A stretch of 64,000 bases of DNA. Source: Candidatus Microgenomates bacterium (GTDB lineage: Bacteria; Patescibacteriota; Microgenomatia; UBA1406; GWC2-37-13). Both the position numbers and the translations under genes were made by a program. Every line of letters begins with the position of its first letter. The first letter of the stretch is position 1. Shown one piece after another: positions 48,771 to 57,733 of the stretch. The stretch lies in assembly GCA_025451885.1 (NCBI GenBank), contig JANWJL010000034.1, positions 13,149 through 77,148 on the forward strand. The letters are read 5' to 3'. A model generated the notes under the pieces. The model ran no database searches. It had not been told where the DNA came from and saw only the letters and a list, made by a program, of their open reading frames with translations.

Positions 48771-50283
48771 TCTTCAGAAAACTTTATTTGTGCTCGTAAT
48801 TTTACTTACTTTTACCCTCCGTTTTTTCAGACTTTCAGAAGTACCTCCGGGGTTATCAGGCGACGAAGTTGCAATAGGTTATAACGCGTATACAATATTA
48901 AAAACCGGAAAAGATGAATTCGGAAAAAAACTTCCTATTCTTTTTGAGTCCTATGGCGACTATAAGCTACCCGGGTATATTTACACAACCTCTTTATCTA
49001 TTTTGACGTTTGGAAAGAATGAATTTGCGGTGCGGTTTCCATCTGCTTTGGCCGGATCTCTAACCGTAATTGCTCTTTTTTTTCTCGTAAAGGACCTTCT
49101 TATGATGGACAAGAAAAGTAAAGATAAAGCCGGTTGGATTGGATTAACAGCTGCTTTGTTACTCGCAGTTTCTCCATGGCACCTTCAGTTTTCACGGGCA
49201 GGGTTTGAGGTGAATCTTGCGCTGTTTTTTTATATTTTTGCAGTCTGGTTGTTGATACGATCCGTAAAAGATAAAAATCATTTTTTAATTTGGCTTAGTC
49301 TATCTTCCTTTACGCTGACTTTTTACACTTATCATTCTTTTCGGATAATTACTCCAATTACATTATTTGGACTTTGGTTTATTTTTTTTCGAAAAAAGAA
49401 TGGGTATCAAAAACAATTGGTTGCTGCTTTTATATTGCTTGCTTTAGTCGTACTGCCGCTTTTTTTGCAGACTGGGAGTATGGCAAGATTCGATCAAACA
49501 GCCGCATTTGATGAATATAAAACTCCAACTTTAGTAAGCAAGCTTTATACATATCCTGTAGTCGTTTTGCGCAACTATCTTTCGCACTTTTCTACTGAGT
49601 TTCTTGTTATTAAAGGTGATGGTTTTGGGAGACACCAGGTCGACCATGCAGGACTACTTTATCTATGGACGCTGCCTTTTTTATTATTTGGAGGGTTTTC
49701 GCTTTTTCGTCAAAAAAGTCAGCTCAAATCGATTACTCTTCTGTTGTTATTAACCGCTCCTTTCGCAGCTGCATTTACTCGCCCGACGCCTCATACTCTG
49801 AGATCTCTTCCGCTAGTTATACCCCTCACCATTATTATTTCTTTTGGAATCGTCGGTCTCCTTACTCTTATTAAGAGTCCCGTAAAGAAGATTTTTTTAG
49901 TTTTGCTAACGGTAATTGTCTGTTATGAATTTCTTTTTTACCTTCATCATTTCTACGGGCACTATCCAAAAGTGCATCAACTTGACTGGGGTGGAGCGTA
50001 TAAGGAAATGGTGCTTGAAGCTGTCAGACTTAAATCAAGATATGATTTGATTGTTGTTGATTCAAGTCAGTTTACTTTTGCTCCAATCTATTTTAAGTTT
50101 TACGGTGACTCTGTCGCTCCTCTTTATGTAGATTCAAAATGGACAAAACCTGACGAGTGGGAAAGTAAAAAAATTCTTTATGTCCATCCTGACTACGGAA
50201 GAGCTAGTGAAAGAAATCTTGAAAAGATTTACATTCCGAATAATCCGTATGGGGACATATTTATTCAATTTTGGGAAATATGA
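48763..50283 (+). CDS. GT-C fold membrane glycosyltransferase (GT39/ArnT-like)
   Basis: 'LRFFRLSEVPPGLSGDEVAIGYNAYTIL', 'FESYGDYKLPGYIY', ~11 TM helices, and a C-terminal soluble domain. Confidence 0.65.
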   Translation: MSNLQKTLFVLVILLTFTLRFFRLSEVPPGLSGDEVAIGYNAYTILKTGKDEFGKKLPILFESYGDYKLPGYIYTTSLSILTFGKNEFAVRFPSALAGSLTVIALFFLVKDLLMMDKKSKDKAGWIGLTAALLLAVSPWHLQFSRAGFEVNLALFFYIFAVWLLIRSVKDKNHFLIWLSLSSFTLTFYTYHSFRIITPITLFGLWFIFFRKKNGYQKQLVAAFILLALVVLPLFLQTGSMARFDQTAAFDEYKTPTLVSKLYTYPVVVLRNYLSHFSTEFLVIKGDGFGRHQVDHAGLLYLWTLPFLLFGGFSLFRQKSQLKSITLLLLLTAPFAAAFTRPTPHTLRSLPLVIPLTIIISFGIVGLLTLIKSPVKKIFLVLLTVIVCYEFLFYLHHFYGHYPKVHQLDWGGAYKEMVLEAVRLKSRYDLIVVDSSQFTFAPIYFKFYGDSVAPLYVDSKWTKPDEWESKKILYVHPDYGRASERNLEKIYIPNNPYGDIFIQFWEI

Positions 50284-50873
50284 TAAACATATTGTTTTAT
50301 TTGCTTTTTCTTACGTCTGAAGTTCTTGCATTAAGGACCTGGGCTTACTGTAAAAATCTTCAAGATAATTTATTTCATTTCTCTATGTCCCGGTTCGATC
50401 TTAGTGTCATCGAAGCCACCACTGGCAAAGTTGATTCTTCAATTTTTTTGATCCGTTTTTTTCATAACAAGATAATCCTGTTTTTCTCTCAAGTTTTTAA
50501 CCTGTACCTTAACTTTTGGGATTTATTGGTGATGGTAAACATGATTTCAGTCGTTGGTTTCGTATTTATGATATATGGAATATATAGTCTAATTGAAAAA
50601 CGCAGATTAAGAGTGTTGTCTATAATTTTTTTTGCAGCCTTGTTTCTGCAGTTGGCAGAAATATTTTTAAACCCTACGATCCCTTTTCTTTTTAAGTTTA
50701 TTTTAATTTCGCTTCCGTATCTTTTACTATCTTTTTTTGGGTTTAAGGCTTATACGATAGATGGTAAATCCAAGGGGCGTCTCGTGGTTGTACTTATATT
50801 TTTAGTCGTGAGTGTATTATGGCTTGTTGTATTTCAACCACAGGGACCCGCTTATTGTGTAAAAATACAATAG
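50271..50873 (+). CDS. hypothetical polytopic membrane protein (200 aa, ~5 TM)
   Basis: Hydrophobic ORF overlapping the GT-C gene stop by 13 nt. No recognisable motif. Confidence 0.4.
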   Translation: MGNMINILFYLLFLTSEVLALRTWAYCKNLQDNLFHFSMSRFDLSVIEATTGKVDSSIFLIRFFHNKIILFFSQVFNLYLNFWDLLVMVNMISVVGFVFMIYGIYSLIEKRRLRVLSIIFFAALFLQLAEIFLNPTIPFLFKFILISLPYLLLSFFGFKAYTIDGKSKGRLVVVLIFLVVSVLWLVVFQPQGPAYCVKIQ

Positions 50874-50896
50874 TTTTTCTTGTAGAATTACAATAC

Positions 50897-51532
50897 ATGA
50901 AGATTCTTGAAGTAAACAAACTGGCCCTTCCTGGAATTCAAGTCATTAGATCGCAGCGTTTTACCGACCATCGTGGTTATTTCACAGAAGTATTTAAGAA
51001 AAGCGATTTTCAAAATAATCCGAATGTTGCAGCTTTTAAAGATAGTGAGATTTTACAATCTAACGAGAGCTTTTCAAAAAAGGGAGTTGTAAGGGGTCTT
51101 CATTTTCAGTGGGATCCATTTCAAGCAAAATTAATACGCACCCTTCGCGGGCGGATGGTTGATTTATTTTTGGATATACGCATCGGGTCGCCAACCTATG
51201 GAAAGATTGCTGCCTATGATATGCCGTCGTCGCCGGATGTTGATATAAATGAATGGATCTGGATTCCTGTAGGGTTCGCTCATGGAAATGTTTTCACTGA
51301 AGACACTCAGATAGAATATTATTGTTCACAGGAATGGAGTCCTGGCAATGAGGCGAGCATTTCTCCGTTTGCGCCTGATATAGACTGGTCATTATGCAGT
51401 CCCGACCTCAAAACAACATTTGATGAATATTCTAAAGCTGGTCTTGTTACCGAAAAAGATAAGGACGGATTCACTCTTGAACAGTGGGGAAAAAGTGTAA
51501 ACTCCAAAAAGTTTACTTATCAGCCTTCCTGA
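50897..51532 (+). CDS. NDP-4-keto-6-deoxyhexose 3,5-epimerase (RmlC-like cupin)
   Basis: 'RFTDHRGYFTEVF', 'VRGLHFQ', 'VGFAHGNVF'. Start set at ATG 50897 (MKILEVNKL). Confidence 0.75.
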   Translation: MKILEVNKLALPGIQVIRSQRFTDHRGYFTEVFKKSDFQNNPNVAAFKDSEILQSNESFSKKGVVRGLHFQWDPFQAKLIRTLRGRMVDLFLDIRIGSPTYGKIAAYDMPSSPDVDINEWIWIPVGFAHGNVFTEDTQIEYYCSQEWSPGNEASISPFAPDIDWSLCSPDLKTTFDEYSKAGLVTEKDKDGFTLEQWGKSVNSKKFTYQPS

Positions 51533-52253
51533 TACCGGCAATCAAAGTCAGACCAATTGGAGAAAAACCAGCGGCTTCCTCAGCTCTTAGTTCCAACTCA
51601 ATAAGCTTCCTTACTGTCTTACTTATAGGTGATTGAGAGTGCCTCATGGTTTCATTTACCGGCTTGTGAAGGATTTTCTCAAAGATAAAATAGGGGAAAT
51701 AACCCAATAAATTCCAAAAAGAGACAAACTCAACTGTTCCTTGGAGAGCAGAGAGTTTATCTAGCAGTAGTTTTTTATCGTAACGGCGGTAATGACCCCA
51801 GGCCTTATCGCGGGTCCCGAACAGATGAGAATGCGCGGGCACGGTAAGTATCAGTAGTCCACCTGGCTTCACAAATGAAAATAGGTTTTTTAAGGCGAGG
51901 TCGTCGTTTTCTATGTGTTCTATGACATCCGAAGCAAGTACATAATCAAATTCTTCTTTTCCCTTTTTTTCTATGATATTTCCTTGCACGACCTCTATCC
52001 CTTTCATCTGAGGATTTTTTTTCATAGCCTCGCACAGATTTCTGGAAAGTTCCATGCCCGTCACATCAAATCCGTGGTTTTTGAAGAAACGAAGTACTAA
52101 ACCGTTTCCTGCGCCGATATCAATGAACTTACCCCTTTGTTTCTTGATTTTTTTTAGGATAAATCGGGCAAGATTTGTGATTCGAAGATCATAATCGCCT
52201 GAAGAGAGAAGTTCTTGTTGAGTCTCAAGATCTGAGACTTGATAGTGGCCCAT
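51513..52253 (-). CDS. class I SAM-dependent methyltransferase
   Basis: SAM motif I 'FIDIGAGNGLVL', 'DYVLASDVIEHI', 'PGGLLILTVP'. Its 3' end overlaps the convergent RmlC-like gene by 20 nt. Confidence 0.75.
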   Translation of the reverse strand: MGHYQVSDLETQQELLSSGDYDLRITNLARFILKKIKKQRGKFIDIGAGNGLVLRFFKNHGFDVTGMELSRNLCEAMKKNPQMKGIEVVQGNIIEKKGKEEFDYVLASDVIEHIENDDLALKNLFSFVKPGGLLILTVPAHSHLFGTRDKAWGHYRRYDKKLLLDKLSALQGTVEFVSFWNLLGYFPYFIFEKILHKPVNETMRHSQSPISKTVRKLIELELRAEEAAGFSPIGLTLIAGIRKADK

Positions 52254-52257
52254 GGAG

Positions 52258-53238
52258 TTATTGCTTACTTTCGTATCGTTTTATGTCGGCCTCGACCATC
52301 GTCTTTACAAGCTCGGGGAAGGCCATCTTGGGGGTCCAGCCAAGTATTTTCTTTGCTTTATCAGGTTTTCCACACAGATGTGGAACTTCGGCAGGTCTTT
52401 TGAATCGAGGATCGCTTTTTACATATTTTTGCCAGTCATCTATACCTGCAGTCTTAAAAGCAAGCTCGACAAATTCCTTTACCGAATGGGTTTTACCGGT
52501 CCCTATGACAAAATCTTCAGGCTTTTCAAGCTGGAGCATGCTGTACATCGCCTCGACGTAATCACCTGCGAAACCCCAGTCCCTCTTTGGCTCAAGATCT
52601 CCCAGTGACAGATCTTTTGCTTTTCCAGTCTTAATCCTGGCTACACCGTCTGAGATCTTTCTTGTAACGAACTGAATTCCACGGATAGGGGACTCATGGT
52701 TAAACAATATGCCGCTGCATGCGAAGATTCCGTATGATTCACGAAAATTTACGGTCATCCAGTGTGCGTAAACCTTTGAGATGCCGTATGGACTTCTGGG
52801 GTGAAAGGGCGTATTTTCGTCCTGAAATCCACCGTCGTTTCCCAATCCGAACATTTCTGAAGTTGAGGCCTGATAAAACCTACTGGTGGGGGAAAATAGT
52901 TTGATTGCACTTAAAAGATTGAGTACGCCAACGGCATTGATCTCGGTAGTAAGCTTTGCCTGCTCCCAGGAAGAGCCTACAAATGACTGGGCCGCAAGGT
53001 TGTAGACCTCCTGGGGCCTTATGTTTTTAATAATGTTTAAGAGAGAGGCGTCATCGGTTAGATCACCTTCTATAAACTCGATCTTGTTTGTAACTCCCAG
53101 ATAGTCTAGGTTGTCAAACTGGGGCTTAGAGTATCTGCGAAGCATCCCGTAGACTTTGTAATCTTTCTCCAGAAGATATTTCGCAAGATACGGACCATCC
53201 TGTCCAAGAATGCCTGTAATGAGGGCCTGTTTAGCCAT
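52258..53238 (-). CDS. gmd: GDP-mannose 4,6-dehydratase
   Basis: 'ALITGILGQDGPYLAKYLLEKDYKVYG', 'STSEMFG', 'YGISKVYAHW', 'ILFNHESPIRG', 'LGDLEPKRDWGFAGDYVEA'. Start set at ATG 53238 (MAKQALITG). Confidence 0.9.
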   Translation of the reverse strand: MAKQALITGILGQDGPYLAKYLLEKDYKVYGMLRRYSKPQFDNLDYLGVTNKIEFIEGDLTDDASLLNIIKNIRPQEVYNLAAQSFVGSSWEQAKLTTEINAVGVLNLLSAIKLFSPTSRFYQASTSEMFGLGNDGGFQDENTPFHPRSPYGISKVYAHWMTVNFRESYGIFACSGILFNHESPIRGIQFVTRKISDGVARIKTGKAKDLSLGDLEPKRDWGFAGDYVEAMYSMLQLEKPEDFVIGTGKTHSVKEFVELAFKTAGIDDWQKYVKSDPRFKRPAEVPHLCGKPDKAKKILGWTPKMAFPELVKTMVEADIKRYESKQ

Positions 53239-53248
53239 ATAAAAATAC

Positions 53249-53257
53249 ATTATAACA
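53249..53257 (-). promoter_or_regulatory. extended -10 element TGTTATAAT (minus strand), 10 nt upstream of gmd ATG
   Basis: Reverse complement of attataaca at 53249-53257. Confidence 0.45.
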
Positions 53258-53265
53258 GACAATTT

Positions 53266-53274
53266 TGTTACAAT
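53266..53274 (+). promoter_or_regulatory. extended -10 element TGTTACAAT, 6 nt upstream of ATG 53281
   Basis: Read directly: ttTGTTACAATatatacATG. It is back-to-back with the gmd promoter in a 42-nt divergent spacer. Confidence 0.45.
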
Positions 53275-53280
53275 ATATAC

Positions 53281-54564
53281 ATGCGGCATCGGTTGCTAAA
53301 ATTCCTTCGTACTCCGAATAGTAGGAACATTGTCATTAATACAATCGGCAACTATCTAAACGTCGCTTTTACCGCTTTTTTTGCCCTTGTCCTGGTAAGA
53401 ATCATGACTCCTGCCCAATATGGAGTCCTTAGTGTATTACTGGGAATTTCATATGTTCTCGCAAACGTCCTTGATTTTGGAGTTACTGCCGCAATTTACT
53501 CAACGCTTCCCATACTTATCGAGGAAAAACGTGAACGTATCTACAACTTCATTAAAACCAACTTTGCCTTCCAATCCCTATTCTCATCCACTGTGCTTTT
53601 TGCCCTTTTTATCTCTTTTCCGTACCTTGATCAGGTGTTTTTTAAAACAGGCGCACCGGCTTCGGATCTTTATATCACCGGTCTTGCAGTACTGTTTTTA
53701 ATCTGGCAGAACTTTGCCTTAAATATCTTGTTTGCAGCTAAAAAATTCCTGGTCGCCAATATCCACAACAATCTGCAGAATGTCCTAAAAACCATAGTCT
53801 TGTTTGGTCTTATTTATACAAAGACGGTGACGGTGGGATGGGTGATCTTCACCTTTGGGGTAATCGGCCCCTTGTTGTTTTTTCTGACACTTGCGATAGA
53901 CCGAAGAGATGCTGTTTTTTTCCTTTCAAAAGCGCGTGTGAGAAGGAGCGAGTTCCGTGCCGGCTATACGCTCACGTACTTTATCGCAACCCAGCTTTAT
54001 AATTTAGGAGGCAGAATGGATCTATTCCTACTCTCATTTTTCCTGCTTAAGAATGATGTGGGATATTATGGTCTTTCACAAAAAATAGTGCTTAGTATAG
54101 TAACTACCGTCGTTTCAGTCACGCAGGTTTTGTCTCCGAACTTTGCCAAAGTACGGACAAAAATGGAGGCAAGAAAAGAACTCAGACACGGCTTCTTTTA
54201 TCTGTTAATTCCTACTTTCTTGTACATCCTGGTCTTCCTCACGCCTAACTGGGTCTATTATCTTTTCTTTACCGAGCGCTTTGCGCCGACAGCTGCAATA
54301 ACCAAAGCCCTTGTTCCTGCATACCTTATATTCACACTCGGAAATCTTCCGCTACAATTCGTTCTCTATACGATACGCAAGCCGATCTACGTGCTCTACG
54401 GAAACGTCCTGTACTTCCTAATCATGACAATAGGGTGCTATGTGCTTATCCCACAGATCGGAATTAAAGCTCCTCCTTTGATAAATGCTCTGGCCATATT
54501 GGCACCGGTGACCGTACTAAGTCTCACTACTTTTTATGCCTACAAAAAACTTCCTAACCGATAA
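53281..54564 (+). CDS. MOP-superfamily flippase (Wzx-like)
   Basis: 'IVINTIGNYLNVAFTAFFALVLVRIMTPAQYGVLSVLLGISYV' N-terminus with ~12 TM helices. Confidence 0.55.
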   Translation: MRHRLLKFLRTPNSRNIVINTIGNYLNVAFTAFFALVLVRIMTPAQYGVLSVLLGISYVLANVLDFGVTAAIYSTLPILIEEKRERIYNFIKTNFAFQSLFSSTVLFALFISFPYLDQVFFKTGAPASDLYITGLAVLFLIWQNFALNILFAAKKFLVANIHNNLQNVLKTIVLFGLIYTKTVTVGWVIFTFGVIGPLLFFLTLAIDRRDAVFFLSKARVRRSEFRAGYTLTYFIATQLYNLGGRMDLFLLSFFLLKNDVGYYGLSQKIVLSIVTTVVSVTQVLSPNFAKVRTKMEARKELRHGFFYLLIPTFLYILVFLTPNWVYYLFFTERFAPTAAITKALVPAYLIFTLGNLPLQFVLYTIRKPIYVLYGNVLYFLIMTIGCYVLIPQIGIKAPPLINALAILAPVTVLSLTTFYAYKKLPNR

Positions 54565-55369
54565 ATTTACAGTTATTATTCCTACGTTTACGAACACCCA
54601 GGGATTACTGGCGGTCTTACGAGATATTGAAAAATTCTACGAAAATGCTTCTGTGATTTTAGTAAATAATGACAGAAAAACGCCTTTGGAAGAAAAGATT
54701 AAGGTGCAATCCTATCGTTTAAATATATCTATTCTCAACAACCGGAAGAATTATGGATTTGCGCGTGCTGCAAATGACGGCGCAAGAAGAGCAGAGGAGC
54801 TTACTAGTCCGGAGTATTTAATTTTTTTAAATGATGATCTTTCGTTTGTCAAAAGATGGATCGAGGACTGTATTGCAGAAATAAAACGCAATCGATGGTT
54901 TGCCTCGGTACCGCTTTTGATAAATAATAAGGGTGTGGCAGAAAATTACGGATACAAGGTGTTGCCCTTTGGAAAAATCCAGTTGTTAACGAATCCTAAA
55001 CAAGAAAACGCCGACGGTTATACCGGCGCTGCCATTGTTTTTGTAAAAAAAGACTTTTTTAATCTCCAAGGGTTTGATCCTATATATTTCGCTTACCTTG
55101 AAGATGTAGATCTTTTTTTACGTGCAAGAAAAATGGGGATGGAATTTGGACTCGTACAAAAGGTGAGAGTTTTTCATGAAGGCCAAAAAACATCCTCACA
55201 GTTTAAGGTAAAAAAAGCCTATCTTGATTTTAAAAACTGGAATATCCTGATCGCGAAAAACTGGGGTTTGAAGAAAATCGTATTTAACCTGCCTCAAATA
55301 CTGTTGGAGCGCCTAAGAAATCTCTGGGGCATCGTAAAGGCTTTTCAACGAATCCAGCGTTCAGACTGA
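54536..55369 (+). CDS. family 2 glycosyltransferase
   Basis: 'FTVIIPTFTNT', 'IFLNDDLSF', 'LEDVDLFLR'. Overlaps the flippase by 29 nt. Confidence 0.7.
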   Translation: MPTKNFLTDKFTVIIPTFTNTQGLLAVLRDIEKFYENASVILVNNDRKTPLEEKIKVQSYRLNISILNNRKNYGFARAANDGARRAEELTSPEYLIFLNDDLSFVKRWIEDCIAEIKRNRWFASVPLLINNKGVAENYGYKVLPFGKIQLLTNPKQENADGYTGAAIVFVKKDFFNLQGFDPIYFAYLEDVDLFLRARKMGMEFGLVQKVRVFHEGQKTSSQFKVKKAYLDFKNWNILIAKNWGLKKIVFNLPQILLERLRNLWGIVKAFQRIQRSD

Positions 55370-56694
55370 AGTCCTCGTACTGTTTGTGCGTTCTTTTGCC
55401 TAAATCCGTTGCTTTCCAGTGCTTTTTTATAGTCAAAGCCATGAATATCACTGGTATAGGGAATAACCAGGATGCTGCTTTCATTACCGTAACCTCCCCG
55501 TATATCTTTTATTGCGATTTCCTTGTTGTAATATTGCACCGGATCAGAAGATGAGGGAATCATATAGACTTTTTTTTCATCTGTTATGTTTTTGACCAAG
55601 CCCTTCCAGTCTTCACGGTGAAAACCGGAAAAGAACAGATAGACACAAGAAAAGAAAAAGAACCCTGCAAGAACTCTGACTCGCTGTGGTCTGTTTTGTG
55701 AACCAAGAGCTATCAGCAGGGAAAGTACCGGCAAAAGATATAGGAAACGGAAGTACTGCAGCATCGGTTTATAGAAAGAGACAAGAAAGCCAAGAGCAAG
55801 TGGGGCTACAAAAAGAGTTGATAAGAGTAAGTATTTAGACGCCTTTCTTGAAGCCACGTAAAAAATAAATCCCGTCCAGATTATCGCAACAAAATAGTAA
55901 AAGGCTTTTGGTTCAAAGGTAATTCTTCCCATCGTAAATTTAACCGGGACCAAAAGTAGATTTTTAATATCCGCTTTTCCCAAAACACTGGTCCAGTTTG
56001 AAATCGCTGTCAAAGTTTCTTTGGAGTTACTTAGTTGAACTTGAAGAAGGGGAATGAGAGCGAGTAAGGGCAATATGAATCCAGGAAGATAAGGAACGAG
56101 CTGTTTCAAGGATGCTTTTTTATAGAGGGTGTAAGCATAAAATGCGAGTATGAAAAAAGCCGATCCATAAAAGGTTGATATGCTGAGCGCGCTGAATGTA
56201 TTTGCGAAGATAACATCTCGTTTTCTGGTTTTGTTTTTCGGGTCTGAGCAACGAAGAATAAAATACAGAAAACAGGTGGTGAGAAATGTCACCATCATAT
56301 ACATCCGGGCTTCTTGAGAATAGTAGATGACCAGAGGATTAAAGAGGAAAAAGATCATGGCATAAAGCCCGATCCGCTTGTTACGAAGTTCCTTGCCGAT
56401 CAGGTAAATCATCCATCCGGTAAGAAGTGAAAAAAATATTGATGGAAACCGAAGAGCAATCTCGGATGTTCCAAAAACCGTCGTCCAGAGTTTTAATGTC
56501 CAGTAATACAATGGTGGATGAAAATCATGAGGAGAAAAGTTGGTAAGGATTCCTGTAAATGAATTGTTTGCGACAACGCGTCCTGTAGTTGCCTCATCAA
56601 GCCAAAGTGACTGATCAAGAGAAATAAGCCGCAGGGCAAAAGCTAAAAGAAAAACAATGATTAGTATTTTACCGCTAACCTCCAGCTTAAACAT
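55345..56694 (-). CDS. GT-C fold membrane glycosyltransferase (GT39/ArnT-like)
   Basis: 'LRLISLDQSLWLDEATTGRVV' first-loop DE motif, 'DFHPPLYYW', and ~11 TM helices. Start moved to ATG 56694 (MFKLEVSG) because the longer ORF (to 56730) runs into the tRNA-Gly gene. Confidence 0.65.
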   Translation of the reverse strand: MFKLEVSGKILIIVFLLAFALRLISLDQSLWLDEATTGRVVANNSFTGILTNFSPHDFHPPLYYWTLKLWTTVFGTSEIALRFPSIFFSLLTGWMIYLIGKELRNKRIGLYAMIFFLFNPLVIYYSQEARMYMMVTFLTTCFLYFILRCSDPKNKTRKRDVIFANTFSALSISTFYGSAFFILAFYAYTLYKKASLKQLVPYLPGFILPLLALIPLLQVQLSNSKETLTAISNWTSVLGKADIKNLLLVPVKFTMGRITFEPKAFYYFVAIIWTGFIFYVASRKASKYLLLSTLFVAPLALGFLVSFYKPMLQYFRFLYLLPVLSLLIALGSQNRPQRVRVLAGFFFFSCVYLFFSGFHREDWKGLVKNITDEKKVYMIPSSSDPVQYYNKEIAIKDIRGGYGNESSILVIPYTSDIHGFDYKKALESNGFRQKNAQTVRGLQSERWIR

Positions 56695-56768
56695 TGGAGC
56701 GGGATAGGGGAGTCGAACCCCTTTCTTCACCTTGGAAGGGTGACGTTAAGCCGTTTAACTAATCCCGC
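56695..56768 (-). tRNA. tRNA-Gly (anticodon UCC), CCA encoded
   Basis: Folded by hand from the minus strand: GCGGGAT-TA-GTTA-AACGGCT-TAAC-G-TCACC-CTTCCAA-GGTGA-AGAA-AGGGG-TTCGACT-CCCCT-ATCCCGC-T-CCA. It is 74 nt, all four stems are Watson-Crick, the T-loop is TTCGACT, and the discriminator is U. Confidence 0.85.
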
Positions 56769-56778
56769 GACTGTTGTT

Positions 56779-56787
56779 ATTATACCA
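56779..56787 (-). promoter_or_regulatory. extended -10 element TGGTATAAT (minus strand), 10 nt upstream of the tRNA-Gly 5' end
   Basis: Reverse complement of attatacca at 56779-56787. Confidence 0.5.
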
Positions 56788-56835
56788 AAGGAGCGGTCTG
56801 TAGTAATTTTGGGGGGGTGTTTTACAGCGGATCTT

Positions 56836-57591
56836 TCAATGTGTGTCCTGGTAGTACGTCTGGCTTTCCTCAAGCTCTTCCGGGCGGTTGACGCCTATTC
56901 CCACCTCTTCAAACGGTACGAGTAAAGCAGAGACAGGCTTTTTATCGGTAAATGCCACCTTGATAATATCGGTGAGATAATATTCGCCGGTGACCTTTGA
57001 TTTATGGATTGCGTTGATATGGGATTGTAAAAAATCATAGTCAAAACAATACAACCCTGCGTTTAATTCTTTTATCTTTTTCTGATCTTCATCTGCATCC
57101 TTATGCTCAATAATGTCAACAACCTTTCCACCGGAGTCCCGCTCAATATGACCCCATGCAAGCTCTTCAGGCTTTTCGTATTTTGTGGTAATAAAGGTAA
57201 CCACTGCGTCATCTTTCTGATGAAGATCAATCAGACGCTTAAGAGTTTCGTGTTTATAAAACATAAGATGGTCGCCGTAACCGATAAGCACAAGTTCGGG
57301 CTTGCTCTTTATTACCCTTAGTCCTTCACGCGTGGCATGACCCGTACCAAGCTGGTCTTTTTGTAGAGCATAGACGACATCTTTTTCATCTTTTAAGACA
57401 TCCTTGACGCTGTCTGCAAATGCACCCACTACAACTACAACCGGAGAGGATACTTCTTTGAACAACTCGACGCCGTACGTGATCATCGGCTTTTCCACAA
57501 AACTAAAGGTCACCTTATTCATATCCTTTGAGTTCAAGCGCTTTCCCTGTCCTGCTGCAAGAATTATTGAGGCAATAGATGCTTTATCCAT
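56836..57591 (-). CDS. sugar-1-phosphate nucleotidyltransferase (GlmU N-terminal domain-like, no acetyltransferase domain)
   Basis: 'IILAAGQGKRLNS' signature, 'LVLIGYGDHL', 'ELNAGLYCF'. At 251 aa it covers the pyrophosphorylase domain only. Confidence 0.7.
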   Translation of the reverse strand: MDKASIASIILAAGQGKRLNSKDMNKVTFSFVEKPMITYGVELFKEVSSPVVVVVGAFADSVKDVLKDEKDVVYALQKDQLGTGHATREGLRVIKSKPELVLIGYGDHLMFYKHETLKRLIDLHQKDDAVVTFITTKYEKPEELAWGHIERDSGGKVVDIIEHKDADEDQKKIKELNAGLYCFDYDFLQSHINAIHKSKVTGEYYLTDIIKVAFTDKKPVSALLVPFEEVGIGVNRPEELEESQTYYQDTH

Positions 57592-57698
57592 AAGAGTATT
57601 GATTGGTGGATTAGGAAAGATTAATGGGGGAGAAATGACGATTTGCGCCTCTGTGTCCGTCCATGCTGCAATTATAACAGAAACAGGACTTAGTCAAC

Positions 57699-57727
57699 TT
57701 GATTTTGAAATAGCAGGCAGGTACTAT
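57699..57727 (+). promoter_or_regulatory. sigma70-like promoter: -35 TTGATT, 17-nt spacer, -10 TACTAT, 6 nt upstream of ATG 57734
   Basis: Read directly: TTGATTttgaaatagcaggcaggTACTATgtgcgtATG. Confidence 0.45.
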
Positions 57728-57733
57728 GTGCGT

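Noticed and set aside
56695-56730. Longer start (56730) for the GT-C gene 55345..56730
   Set aside because: The extra 12 codons (MKKGVRLPYPAP) are the reverse-strand reading of the tRNA-Gly T-arm and acceptor stem. The start was moved to ATG 56694.
57404-57733. N-terminal 110 codons of ORF 57404..58072
   Set aside because: This part is antisense to the nucleotidyltransferase gene and then crosses the intergenic spacer. The recognisable DUF360 protein begins at ATG 57734, directly behind a good promoter.
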